The position numbers and the translations under genes were made by a program. Shown here one piece after another: positions 12,807-24,155 of a stretch of DNA of 64,000 nucleotides (within the stretch, counting starts at the first letter, position 1; each line of letters begins with the position of its first letter). This DNA comes from Callorhinchus milii (taxonomy: Eukaryota): positions 69,442,001-69,506,000 of the forward strand of contig NW_024704743.1 in NCBI RefSeq assembly GCF_018977255.1. The letters run 5' to 3'. The notes under the pieces are model-generated. The model searched no databases, was not told the DNA's origin, and saw only the letters and a program-made list of their open reading frames with translations.

Positions 12807-13850
12807 TTTTTTTTNGGTCACCTGGGTGTCTGACAAATGCGGAAACCTATCACCATTCTTAAGAGTATCTAAACTAAAATGAGATTTCCATGCATCCCAC
12901 CTACATGTGGAAATCCCAGAGGTAGATTGTTGGAATGGAATGCACACTCTCTCCCTGGAGGGACGTTTCCTGCTTACCTAATTCAGGAAAGTATTAGGCG
13001 CAGATTGGCAAGAGCCAAGGCTTAGGGATTCCAGAGTGTATGTTGGGGTACTGCTGGAGTCTAACCAACTAAAATGCTTAGCTTGCCATTGATATTGAAC
13101 TTACCACTGTCTGCCAAGCTTTCCCACTGCTTGTCCAGGTGGGACCACCCTACCCATTAGGACTTTGGCTTACAGGGTTTACAGAAGCTGAGTGGAATGA
13201 CTCCCTGCCCCCAGTGACTGGTTTGCCTTTCCAGGTCCTGTCAATGAGCCACGCTGGCTGTGGTGTCATCAGCAGAGCCCTGGAATACTGTGGATCCGCC
13301 TGGCTCAGAAACCGGACTACCGAGACCACCACAGAGGGCTGGCTCGATTCCAACATTCCATTGCCAGGCATGTCACCATGGAGCCAGTTCAGCTTCAAGG
13401 AGACCCCGACACAAGGATGATAGTCACTAGTTGGTTCGCTTAACATCTGACAAGCGTAGGTTGTCCTCACTAGGTGGATGGTAGGTACAAGGACCTCCCG
13501 GCGAGCTTCCTGGTGGGCAACACATCTCAGCATGAAATGCTTGAGAGCATTGCTACCGTTTTCCTGACCGCAGCTCGGGGACAAATTCCTTCCCATTGAG
13601 CGATGGTTCTACTATTTGGAGGTGTGGAGTTTAAGCAGCAGCTGTTTGCCTCTTGCAGGCCAATCGGGGTGGACTCCAGGCGCTGGGCGTACAAAAGTGT
13701 GTCACAAACTTGGACTCCAGGTAACGCCTTCCAGCAGCTGTCGCCCTAAGCCTCAGAGTTTCCTCATCAGCTATCTGGCAGACATCTGCCTTCAATGTGG
13801 TGGGAGAACCTTTACAGGATCTTGTGCCGTGCTAACCACGGAGGAAACTT
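12807..13850 (-). mobile_element. Non-LTR retrotransposon 3' end: ORF2 C-terminus with CCHC-type motif, ~600-nt 3' UTR, poly(A); clade unresolved
   Basis: Minus strand reads GKQLLLKLHTSK**NHRSMGRNLSPSCGQENGSNALKHFMLRCVAHQEARREVL. T-run at 12807-12815 is the poly(A) on the element strand. About ten related fragments in the window. Confidence 0.7.
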
Positions 13851-14454
13851 GATGCATACATGGGGAAGAAGGGACTAGACGGGTATGGGAGGGGATTAGG
13901 AAGTATGGAGTGTCCTGTGGAGCATAAACACCGGTACAGACTAATTGAAGTTAATGGCTTGTTTCCGTGCTGCAATGGGTTTTGTAATTCTATGCAACTT
14001 TGATTATAAAGTGTATTTTCTATACAGTGATTTCAGCTGGTTATTTGACTTGATGCCACATGTGATTTCATTCCTTGCACAATCAGTTATAATATTGCGA
14101 TCATTGCTCATTTTGGCTTGCAATGGATAGGAGATTATCAGTAAGATGGAAAACTGGCTGCAGCTCCAAGCTCAGGAAGAAATTGGCTCCAAACATTGTA
14201 TTTTACTGACCTGGATCTTTCACGATTCTCTGTCTGGCCGTAAATTGGAACCAACAATTTCAGCTGAAGCATAGTTGGCTTGATGGTTTTGTTTTGTGCA
14301 CACAATACTATACCTGCCTTGAAAATTGAGGGAGCACTCGTCAACAAGGTACAGAGCTATGGCATGATGGCCCCACACTACAGCTTAAAAGGCTGAACTT
14401 TTTTATGATGACCAGTGGAACTGAGTAAGAATATATGTTTTGCTTAATTGTCTT

Positions 14455-14858
14455 TGAGTTTAGGTGTGGTCCTGGCTCAGCAGTAGCACTCTCGCCTCTG
14501 AGTCAGAAGGTTGTCACTCAAGCTCCACATCAGGTCTTGGAATCACATGGTCTAAGATGACACTCCAATGCAGTACAGGGGACGTGTTGCCTTGTCGGAG
14601 GTACCGTTTTTTAGATGAGATGTTAAACCAAGGTCCCGTCTGCCTGTTTGAGTGTACGTTTCTGCCGGTGCCCTGGCCAACAATCCCCCAAATAAAATTG
14701 GTCACTCGCTCCAAGGCAGTTTATGAGATATTGCTATGTACAAACTGGTGCCGCATTTTGCCCTCAAAATACACAGGCAATCCACTTTTTAGTATAACCT
14801 GTGATGTGCTTTGAGACATCTCAACAAAGTAATAAGGCGCTATATCAAATGCAAATAC
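14455..14858 (+). mobile_element. Deu-type SINE, near full length
   Basis: tggctcagcagtagcactctcgcctctgagtcagaaggttg head, Deu core tgtcggaggtaccgttttttagatgagatgttaaaccaaggtcccgtctgcc, tail aaggcgctatatcaaatgc. Confidence 0.8.
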
Positions 14859-15232
14859 AAGTTTGTTTGCAGTCTTTACTGTGGAAAAAAGTGTCACTTT
14901 TAACTGTAACAATAGTTTAAACTACGGTTGCATATAAAATAATCTGTTTTCTTGTGGGAAACAGAACACAGTGCTGGCAGCAATAGTTGTTGTTAATAAC
15001 TTGCCAAAGGATACTAGGGTTGAGTGAGGCAACATAGCTTGGGTCTAGCCCCTTTAAAACAAGTTACCAAATGTTTCCCTAGCTGTTCAGGTGGACATTA
15101 AAAATCCCATGGCACTACTCAAAAAAAGAAAGTTGTTTCTTGTGGTACTCTGGCCAACAATCCCACAAATACAATTGCATAGCTGTTTATGGGATATTGC
15201 TATGCACAAATGAGCTGTTGAGTTTGCCTACA

Positions 15233-15549
15233 AATAATAATAATAATCCTTGCATTTGATATAGCGCTTTTCACATCGGGAGGACATCCCAAAGCGCTTC
15301 ACAGAACACACTGTAAAGTGAATTGACTATATTTGTGGGCGAAACGTGGCAGCCAATTGCGCACAGCAATGTCCCACAAACAGTCGGAGATTGAAAATGA
15401 CCAATTTATTATTGTTTTGGGCTTTGGAGGGATTATTATTAGGTGTGTGGAGTAAGGAAACTTGCCCAAGGTTTCGCCCTGCCTGGAATTGAACTCAGGT
15501 CTCTCACTTGCAAAGCGAGTGCTCTAACCACTGAGCTACAGGACTCCAC
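15233..15549 (-). mobile_element. tRNA-Ala-derived SINE, young/short subfamily, nested in an older Deu-type SINE (15080-15635, +)
   Basis: Nearly identical to 19591, 27354 and 37930. The host SINE is continuous across it (tttgcctacaaa | aatacagtcact), with acaaa on both sides. Confidence 0.92.
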
Positions 15550-15739
15550 AAAATACAGTCACTCCAGTAAATTCTGTGAAGTGCTTTGAGATGCCTTCCC
15601 AACATGAAATATACTAAATGCAAGAATTATCATAGTTAAAAATGTATGTAATGTTATAGAAGAACAACATTCCCTTTCTCTTTCTGTGATTTCCCTGAAT
15701 GTTTCTTGTCAAAAGTTTGGGCAGACAATCTTCCTTGAC

Positions 15740-15758
15740 TAACCACTAGATGGTGCAC
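15740..15758 (+). promoter_or_regulatory. Candidate CTCF binding site
   Basis: taaCCACTAGATGGTGCac closely matches the CTCF core consensus. Lies in sequence I did not recognise as repeat. Motif match only. Confidence 0.45.
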
Positions 15759-15834
15759 AAGAGCAACCTCAGATGATTGTACAGTATTTGCCCTCTATGG
15801 GGAAGAAATTGTGTCAACTCAGCATTCCCCATGA

Positions 15835-16117
15835 TGATAATAATAATAATCCTTGCATTTGACATAGCGCCTTATCATTTCTTCGAGACATCTCAAAGCG
15901 CTTCACAGAATATACTGTAAAGTGAATTGACTGTATTTTGTGGGCAAAACGTGGCAGCCAATGGTGCACAGCAGTGTCCCACAAACTATCATGGATTGAG
16001 GTGACCAATTGATTTTCTTTGGAAGGAATTATTACCCCCGGAAAAGCGATCCACCAATCAACTAACAACCGGGTTCCCTCTTACTACTAGGTAAACAGTG
16101 ACGTATGGAGTAAGGAA
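15835..16117 (-). mobile_element. tRNA-derived SINE, older subfamily, 5'-truncated
   Basis: (aat)n-ccttgcatttgacatagcgcc tail and long internal segment present; head missing. Confidence 0.85.
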
Positions 16118-16759
16118 CAATATTCTAAGTTGACCACAACATAGTTTTGAAAAGAATTATAACCCAGCCTCTACTGCCAGTCTGTCCTATCATAGGAAGA
16201 TAAAAAGCCCAGACTCTTACTCTCCCGGTTGATAGACCATCGTCAAGAACATAAGGAAACAATGCTGGGAAGGAAGATAAAGTGTTCTGTCTTCAAAGGA
16301 TTTAAGAGGAGCTTTCTGAAATGACAGCAGAGTTCATAGCTCAAATATAAATGTTATTGAAAGTACTTTGAGTTGTCACCTTCAGCAGAGCCCATTCGTT
16401 TTGACATCTCTGTGTAGGACAACTAACAAGTTAAGATTGAGATAATAGGCCAGTATCAGGTGTCAAGGGATTTTAGAAAGGTTTGCACCTGAATTGAAGG
16501 AAGACCTTCCTGAACTCTAAATATGTGGTCAATGCTATTTATTTACTACCAATGTGTCTCATCCACCACCAGCCGAAAGCACAGTTAATGGTCTATATGA
16601 CTGGAAGGTGAATTTCATTTCTGTAAATATTTGAATTTGTGAACAAGTATGAAGTAGCGTGTTTGTGCATTTGTTCCCTAATATTACAGTTTAGTCATGC
16701 AGATGAATTATAATACTTGAATGGAAAGCAGGATTGTTTAACGCTTTCCCACTGAAAAA

Positions 16760-16930
16760 AATCATCAATGTATTTAAGAGGAAACTTAATGCACATAGGA
16801 GGGAGAAGGGAATAGAGAGGAATAGGAAAGGGGAATAGGAGAGATGGAGGCTCATGTGGAACATAAACACCAGTAGGGAACTAGATGGGCAGAGTGGCCT
16901 GTTTTTATGCGTATCATTTTGCCTAATTGT
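16760..16930 (+). mobile_element. CR1 LINE 3' terminus fragment
   Basis: tttaagaggaaacttaatgcac...gtggaacataaacaccag...atgggcagagtggcctgttt. A similar fragment lies at 13850-13995. Confidence 0.6.
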
Positions 16931-17842
16931 ATGGACATATTAGGAGTTTTTCTTCTTTTTCGTTTTCAGCTTGAGTTTCCAATCTCTATTTCTCTCTCAC
17001 TCTCCCTGATCACAATCTTTGCTCTATATTATTGTTACTATTGTACTATGTCCATTACTCCTGCAAACTATTCTTTCATTGTCTTCCGAGTTATAAATAC
17101 AGTACACAATCCCAGCCACGCTCCCTCCTTCCTACACTTTCACTGTGTTGCAATCAAAATTCATTGTACCATTTTCCGTTCTTAAAGCTCATTCCTTCTC
17201 TTGATCTCAAGACCGTAGCACTCCTCAGCGACCCCAGGCTACTCTTCCTGCATCAATACACATGGTTTAAAACCTCAGGCTTAGTGTCTGAGCAACTGCT
17301 GCCTGACTTACTGAGGTTTTCTGTGCTTTGCTCCAGAGTATAAGCACCCCCAAGTTTTCATAACTTCCCAATATAGACAGCATTAGGAGAATAACACACA
17401 GATCAAAATCACAAGCTAAGTCACATGATTTCATTCATTAAATGAATTCTACAGCAAGAAAATTCATAGATTTTATCATTTTAACACATGGCAATGGAGT
17501 CTATTGTGCAGTTATTCCTTAACTGTGTTCCTTATAAGGAATTTGAGTCTGTGGGGGGGTAGTGTGATTGGAGGTGTGCACTATATTACAATAGTTGCTG
17601 ATGCTCCAAACAATCCGAATACAATTCCTTTTTCTGGATCCCATACAATTTAGAAACATTCTTAAACTCAGTCTTCGATTGGAAACCCCTCTTTCTAATT
17701 TAATAATGGTTCACAATTCTTCAATTTTCAGAGAATTGGGGGATATGCACTGACTCTCCAGCTAAGGCCAATAGGAAAGGGCGCAGAACCCTCTGCAAAC
17801 CAACTATCAATGTAGCTTATAGTCCCCAGTGTTGTGATTGTC

Positions 17843-18085
17843 TGTGAGAGAGAGAGTGAGAGAGGGAGAGAGTGTCTGTGTTTGTGTGTCTCTGTGTGTG
17901 TCTCTCTCTATGTGAGTGTGTCTATGTCTTCTTCTCCTCTGTGTGTTTGTGGATGTGTCTGTGTGTTTTGGATTGTATATGTGAGTGTGTGTCCTTGAGA
18001 ATGTGTCCCTCTCTGTGTCTGCGTCTCTCTCTCTCTGTGTCTATGCATGTGTGTCACTCTCTCTAAGTCTGGGGTGTGTGTGTAT
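17843..18085. repeat. Degenerate (GA)n/(GT)n/(CT)n microsatellite
   Basis: Directly visible compound dinucleotide repeat. Confidence 0.9.
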
Positions 18086-19270
18086 TTAATAATTTTTTGG
18101 CAAATACCCTCATAAAAGGCCACCCAGTTTTTGTTAAAAAAGCAATTTTATTTTGCAACAACCTGATATGTTATTTTCTCAAGTTTAGTTTTCCTCAAGA
18201 AAGTGAAAAAATGTAGGTTGGCAGTAAAATGTACCTCAATAGCACCAATCAACTCCTCCCATTTTCTGCAAATTTTGTGGCAAACCCCAGAATTTTCTGC
18301 AAAATTTACAAACCTCCCCGCAATGTGGGGCAAATATTTCCGCATTTTTCTATTGACCCAACACATCAGAGCAGAAAATGTGCTTGCACTATGTCCTTAA
18401 CAACCTGTCCTTTATGGATCTGAACATCCTGAATGCTGGAGAATGGTTTCTCTCTCCAGGCCAGTCAGAATGGCTGAGTTATTTTAATTAAGGGATAAAA
18501 GTGAAGAAATGGAAGTACAGGATCCTGCAAGTTCACAAAATTGGTTCGGATGAAGAAGGCCCCTTAGCCCCATTTGATCTCATCCTTCATGAATCTCCAT
18601 CTTTCCATTTCCCACCACAGCATCAAGCTGTTTTTATTTGTAAATGAGTCCAGTGTCCTGGCCTCATTTACCCTTCCTGCTAACCTGCTCCAACTATGTG
18701 TCTGCCCTGAAATTGCCCTTTGCAATTCTAAACATTTGTCCACTTGTTTTACTGTCTCAAGTAATAAGATTCATGGTATATGTCCAGCTAGGACCACTGT
18801 TTATGTGGTGGCTTTGGTGTGATGGTTTGAGAGCATATGTTCACCTCCAAGTCTCACTGATAAGCCAGACAACCATTAAAAATACCTTGAATTCTTTCAA
18901 AGCTGCTTAGCTTTGTCTCCTTAAAATCAGGCAAAATCTGTTTCTTCCTCCCCCCGCGCACCCAAATGCACTTATTTCAGTGATGTTTCAAACACATGCA
19001 TGCAATGTATGGGTTCTTGCACATGTTTAAAAGTTAAGCGATAATTTTCATCTGTTGCAGTAACGTTCACACTTTTACTTCCAGGATTAGTGACAGAAAA
19101 GTGGTGAGATGCCAGGCCCCGTTGATCCGTGTAAGGCTGATAACTCAGCAGAAATATGTAACATTGCCAAATAAACTGAGCTGTTTCAACCAAGAGCTGC
19201 AGGTGAACTGTAGGAGTTGAAATAAGGCTAGGGCTGTTTGGAACATGATCTAGTAGTGAGAAATTCCATT

Positions 19271-19480
19271 TGGGTCCAGATTTATTCCATTCATGAGGCA
19301 TTTCAGAGTGTTCAGAATTTGGCAAATTCTTAAATCGGACCTTAGTTTTTAAGATAGTTTTGTGTTTGTTTTGTTTTAACAACAACAGAAAACCCAACAA
19401 CAAATTTAAGACGGAATTCAACAATTTGCAAAGTTCTGCATGCTCTGAAATGTTACACGTGTAGAGTAAATCTGGACCCA
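19271..19480. mobile_element. Palindromic MITE (~210 bp)
   Basis: Perfect 14-bp TIR tgggtccagattta (19271-19284) / taaatctggaccca (19467-19480), with inner arms catttcagag / ctctgaaatg. Related half-copies near 28545-28610, 29000-29057 and 41420-41470. Confidence 0.75.
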
Positions 19481-19590
19481 TGTTTTGTAATAGACCCTGA
19501 TTGGTTAATCAACAACAACATATCTGGTGTCTGTCCTGAAATGGCCCTTTGCAATGCTAAACATTGTTGTTGTTATTGTTGTCGATTGCT

Positions 19591-19917
19591 TAATAATAAT
19601 AAATAATAATAATCCTTGCATTTGATATAGCGCTTTTCACGTCGGGAGGACGTCCTAAAGCGCTTCACAGAACACACTGTAAAGTGAATTGACTGTATAT
19701 TTGTGGGCGAACGCGGCAGCCAATTGCACACAGCAATGTCCCTTAAACAGTCGTAGATTGAAAATGACCAATTTATTATTGTTTTTTGTTTTTGGAGGGA
19801 TTGTTATTAGGTGTGTGGAGTAAGGAAACTTGCCCAAAGTTTCGCCCTGCCGGGAATTCAACTCAGGTCTCTCGCTTGCAAAGCGAGTGCTCTAACCACT
19901 GAGCTACAGGACTCCAC
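19591..19917 (-). mobile_element. tRNA-Ala-derived SINE, young subfamily, full length
   Basis: Head (rc) ggagtcctgtagctcagtggttagagcactcgctttgcaagcgag and (att)n tail. Confidence 0.95.
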
Positions 19918-22900
19918 TTGGATCATTTTGCTGAGTACATAATCTGATTTTTTTCCCCTGACAAACTGTAGTGATGGTTATCTATTCATTTAATGAATTC
20001 CCAATGCAAAGATATGGCTGATGACCAGCTCCTTCTTAAAGAATTTGTTATCCTACTAACAGGGTCAATATAGTGGTCCATTTGATATTTACCACATTTA
20101 ATCAACCTGGTTTATTCATGCTGTTGTCTCCTTTCTTTCCGTCTCTGCCCCCTCACCAGGTCATTGTTAAAGTGAAGTCCCCAAAGCTCTGATGGGTTGC
20201 ACGTGTTGGGTTGGGTGTCATTTAAGCCGCAACATTATTTGAATTAAGTACTAAATTCCCAGTTCCATCTGTAATGCTGTGGATAGAGCCCCTATGATGA
20301 GCAGACAGTTTGTGTATAAGAGTCTAATTCCATGGCTTATTACCTCCAACAACAACAACAAAATTACATTTATAGAGTGCCTTTCATGTTGGGAGGATGT
20401 CCCAAAACGCTGAAAAAGTCAGGTGTCGAGGCCTGAGCATTGTGGTGGGAGAGCCTTTACAGTACAGCATGCCACCATCCCATTGCCAGCCGTCTTGGTG
20501 TTTTAAAGGCCCAGATCCAAAGACATTTTAACCAAGACCAGCTGCGTAATCCAGGTCCTGAGGTGAAGGGCCTCGGAAAGAGATGTACTCACCATGAAGC
20601 CACATCTACACTACTACAAGATAATTTCCAGTGTGAAGAACACTATACAAGTTCAAGTTCTTGTTGTTGTTGTTGTCTAAGGTGCTCAGCAAAAGGTAAA
20701 GACCTGAGCCCACATTGTCTGCAGTTGCTTCCCATTTTATTACAAATCCATCTCACTACAAGTATACCAGAGGCAACCTCTCTGCTTCATGTATAGGAAC
20801 TTGGAATCAGGAAAGAAAACTGATTGAACATCTTGCACACCACAAGCTTAACCTGCATTGGGATTGATGGGGAGCTACTTTCCCTTCCCACTGCAGTCAT
20901 GAAGGACGTTGTCCACGCAAAGGTTGGGGGTCATCACAACCCAAGTCAGTAAATGGGACGGATGCTTCTTGTATTTCTGATTAGTACCATTAAGGTCCCC
21001 TATCGAGCCGTGCAGAGCAATAATATCACACTTGGGGAAATGTACCATTGTGTCACGCTGAGTTGTCCAATGTACAAGAAGGTGAGCGCATCACACAAGA
21101 TCCCTGGTGAGAAGGATGTGCAACGGTTCATCTGGGCTTTTTCCCCCTCCAGACTCTGATGATTCGTCTTTAATTCCCTTCTGTGAGAGGAAAGGATAAA
21201 ATAATCATTAAATAGCTGTTGTGTCAATGTCATACATGACTATTGTGAATTGGGACTATAAAGATCAGAAAAGGTAATGTGCCTTTAACACTGATTGTTT
21301 TCTCTCTGCTTTACATGCCAAAGATAATTAAGCACGAAAAGGCCCTGGAGAAGTACGCTTAGTTTCATAACATCAAAAGAAAAGTACATATGGACTGTAA
21401 TACTACAGCGTCTATAAATTTAGTTTGGTATGCTTAAGCCTGACTGTGCATTAAGACCACAATAAATAATGGCTTCCGTATGCTAAATAGTGCTGCTTTT
21501 TCCAGTATCCAACAGGCTAACAGTAAACTGTTTCCTTTTGTAGAGATTAAAGTTGGTGCTCCTATGAATTAAATGATTTATTACCTGGGATTTGCTCAAC
21601 TAAATATTTATTTTGGTTTAAGACTAAATGCTTTTCATTTGAGCCAAAGAGCTTATGTTATTATGGAGAAATAAATGCGATAGGCCCTGGAATTATGCTT
21701 TTGACCAATGTGCAAAAGATTAGACTTAATTTCTGTTCTTCGTTGTTTCACCTGAAAGGGTCTCTCTAAAAAATCTATTACAGTATGCTATTTTACTTAT
21801 GTCTTTTAATCCCACCATTGTTTGCTTGTTCCACATGCAATATGTTGAGCACACAATGACAATGTATGCTAATAGCAGGATATCCCTTTAGAATTGCTCT
21901 TTATCAGCTAAACATATCTCCATACAAACATTGTCCTCTCTCCTCTAGACTGCTGACAGCCTCCTGTCTTTATGGGCTGGATTTTTCAGCAGATTTTCAG
22001 CTCTGTGATGCAGCAAAATATTAATTTTAGAGCAATAACGCTCTTCACATATTAGGATATCTTTATTAGTATAATATCAACAAACCATTGAATAATTATA
22101 AAAGCAGATATTTTTTAAAAAAACAATAATTTTTATCTCACCTATTTTCTCTTTTTTCTATCATTTTTCTTACGTTTTATTTTTGATTTAATTTTCTACC
22201 TTTATCAACTTTTTTTTCTACTTTTTGATTTGATGGCTTAACTTCAGAGTGTAGCTAACAATTTAATGTTGTACAAGGGCACATCACACCTTCCTTTGCA
22301 CTGCTCACATTTTCTCTTGTGATCCGATATGACCAATTAGCTGTTTATTCGTGACAGGTTGGACAAGGTCAGTACAAGCTTGAGACACATTATGAAACAC
22401 TGTAAACTTCACTCCATTGAATTCATTCATATGTATCAAGCAGTGTACATTGTTGGTCATCATTGTTCACGCAAATTGCCATTTTCTTTTATGAATTACT
22501 CCCATTGTGCCGCAGCGCTCAAGTTGTGAAGCAGTCTGTGTCTAGATTGAAAATTCAGAAGCCTATTGTCAATGCAAGATGGAGGCTTTTATTTTTAAAC
22601 TGACATTGATAGAGGAAGGATTTAGCTGCATTGTCTGTCAGCAAAGGTCTGCAACTAGTAGACAACAAAAACATGTATCTATAGGTTTCAGGCTAATAAT
22701 GCAGCCTTTGTTGGGAGTCTAATAAGTCTGCTTTATGCCCTGTGTGGTTTGAATGCTCTTTGTACTTGAGGTATGGATGCCGTTTTCACTTTTTCTGCTG
22801 TTTTGTAGATACCCATGCAAATTCCCTTAACACGTGAATGCCAAGCTGCTGTGAATAGCCAGAGAGTCTTATGATTCTCTGCAGTAAGTCTTGTAACTCT

Positions 22901-23156
22901 AACTATGCGGGTGACTAAATGTATATATAAGATTATTAATTGCAACTCAAGACTGTTCATATTCTATTTAGTATTTAACATTGTTTTTCTAGGAAGCTTG
23001 GAGAGTTACACGGACTTAAAGCAAAGTTTTGGAGTCTGTGTGATACTTATCACATCAAATTGACCAGAGGCATCACCCTCTTATCTCCATACCAAACTGA
23101 TCACAATAGTGAAGCTCGCAAAGCCATGGTTGCCGCATTAGATTCACATTTTGACA

Positions 23157-23558
23157 CATCATCACCATGCTTAAGAGGATCCAAACCAAAGTGAGATTTC
23201 AATGCATCTCACGTACACATGGACATTTCTGAAACAGATTGTTGGAATGGAATGTGCACTCTCTTCCTGGAGGGATGCATTCTGCTTACCTAATTTCAGA
23301 AAGAATTTGGCACAGGTTGACAAGAGCCAAGGCTTGGGGACCCCAGAATATGCTTTGGGTTACTGCTGAGTCAAGGGCCATCCTACCTGTTAGGGCTTTG
23401 GCTTGCAGGGTTACCAGGAGCTGAGTGGGAGGGTTCTATGGCCCTGTCATCAGCAATGCCTTGGAATACTGAGGACCCACTCGTTTCAGGAAAAAGGCTT
23501 GATATCCTTAACTGGTGATGGGTATCCACAGGTGTCAGACATCCAGCTGACCAACAAA
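23157..23558. mobile_element. CCHC-LINE family copy with 5' inversion
   Basis: 23157-23497 is collinear with 12850-13310. 23499-23558 is the reverse complement of 12815-12870, the element's 3' end. Confidence 0.7.
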
Positions 23559-23734
23559 GAGACCAAGTAACCAAGCTTCATTATTATAGGAGCTTGATAA
23601 GTTTTTTTTTGCTGTTGAAAAATAGTTCCAGGCACTTTTAAAATTTTTATTACTTTGTACGCTTTTAAAAATGTAACATGATAATCCCTGAAAACCTCTG
23701 TATTTTAGTTTTTTTTCAAAATGTTACCAGAGAT

Positions 23735-24155
23735 GAATACATAAATGACTTGTGTGTAGAGAGCAACATTTTAAAGTTTGCAGATGACACAAAACGTGGA
23801 AACATAGTAAACAGTGAGGAGGATGGTAGCAGACTGCTGGAGGACATAGACGAACTGGTCAAATGGGCAGACACATGGCAGATGAAATGTAATGCAGAGA
23901 TGTGTGAGGTGATGCAATTTGGGAGGAAGAACGAGGAAAGGCAATGTACACGAAATGGTACAGTTATGAAGGGGGTTCAGGAGCAGACACAGGTCTTTGA
24001 AGGTGGCAGGCCAGGTTGATAGAGCTGTTAAAAAAGCATCTGGGATTCTTGGCTTTAAAAATAGAGTCATAGAGTACAAAAGCAAGGAGGTTCTGCTAAA
24101 CCTTTATAAATCACTGGTTAGGGCTCAGCTGGAGTATATGTCTAATTCTGGGCAC
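23735..24155 (+). mobile_element. CR1 LINE ORF2 reverse-transcriptase C-terminal fragment (decayed)
   Basis: YINDL..ILKFADDTK..LVKWADTWQMKCNAEMCEVMQFGRKN, then after a shift QVDRAVKKASGILGF..IEYKSKEVLLNLYKSLVRAQLEY. Confidence 0.92.

Noticed and set aside
12816..12816. Single N base
   Set aside because: Ambiguous call at the end of a T-run; an assembly artefact, not biology.
18972..19481. 169-aa minus-strand ORF
   Set aside because: Starts inside a MITE TIR and has no recognisable domain; chance ORF.
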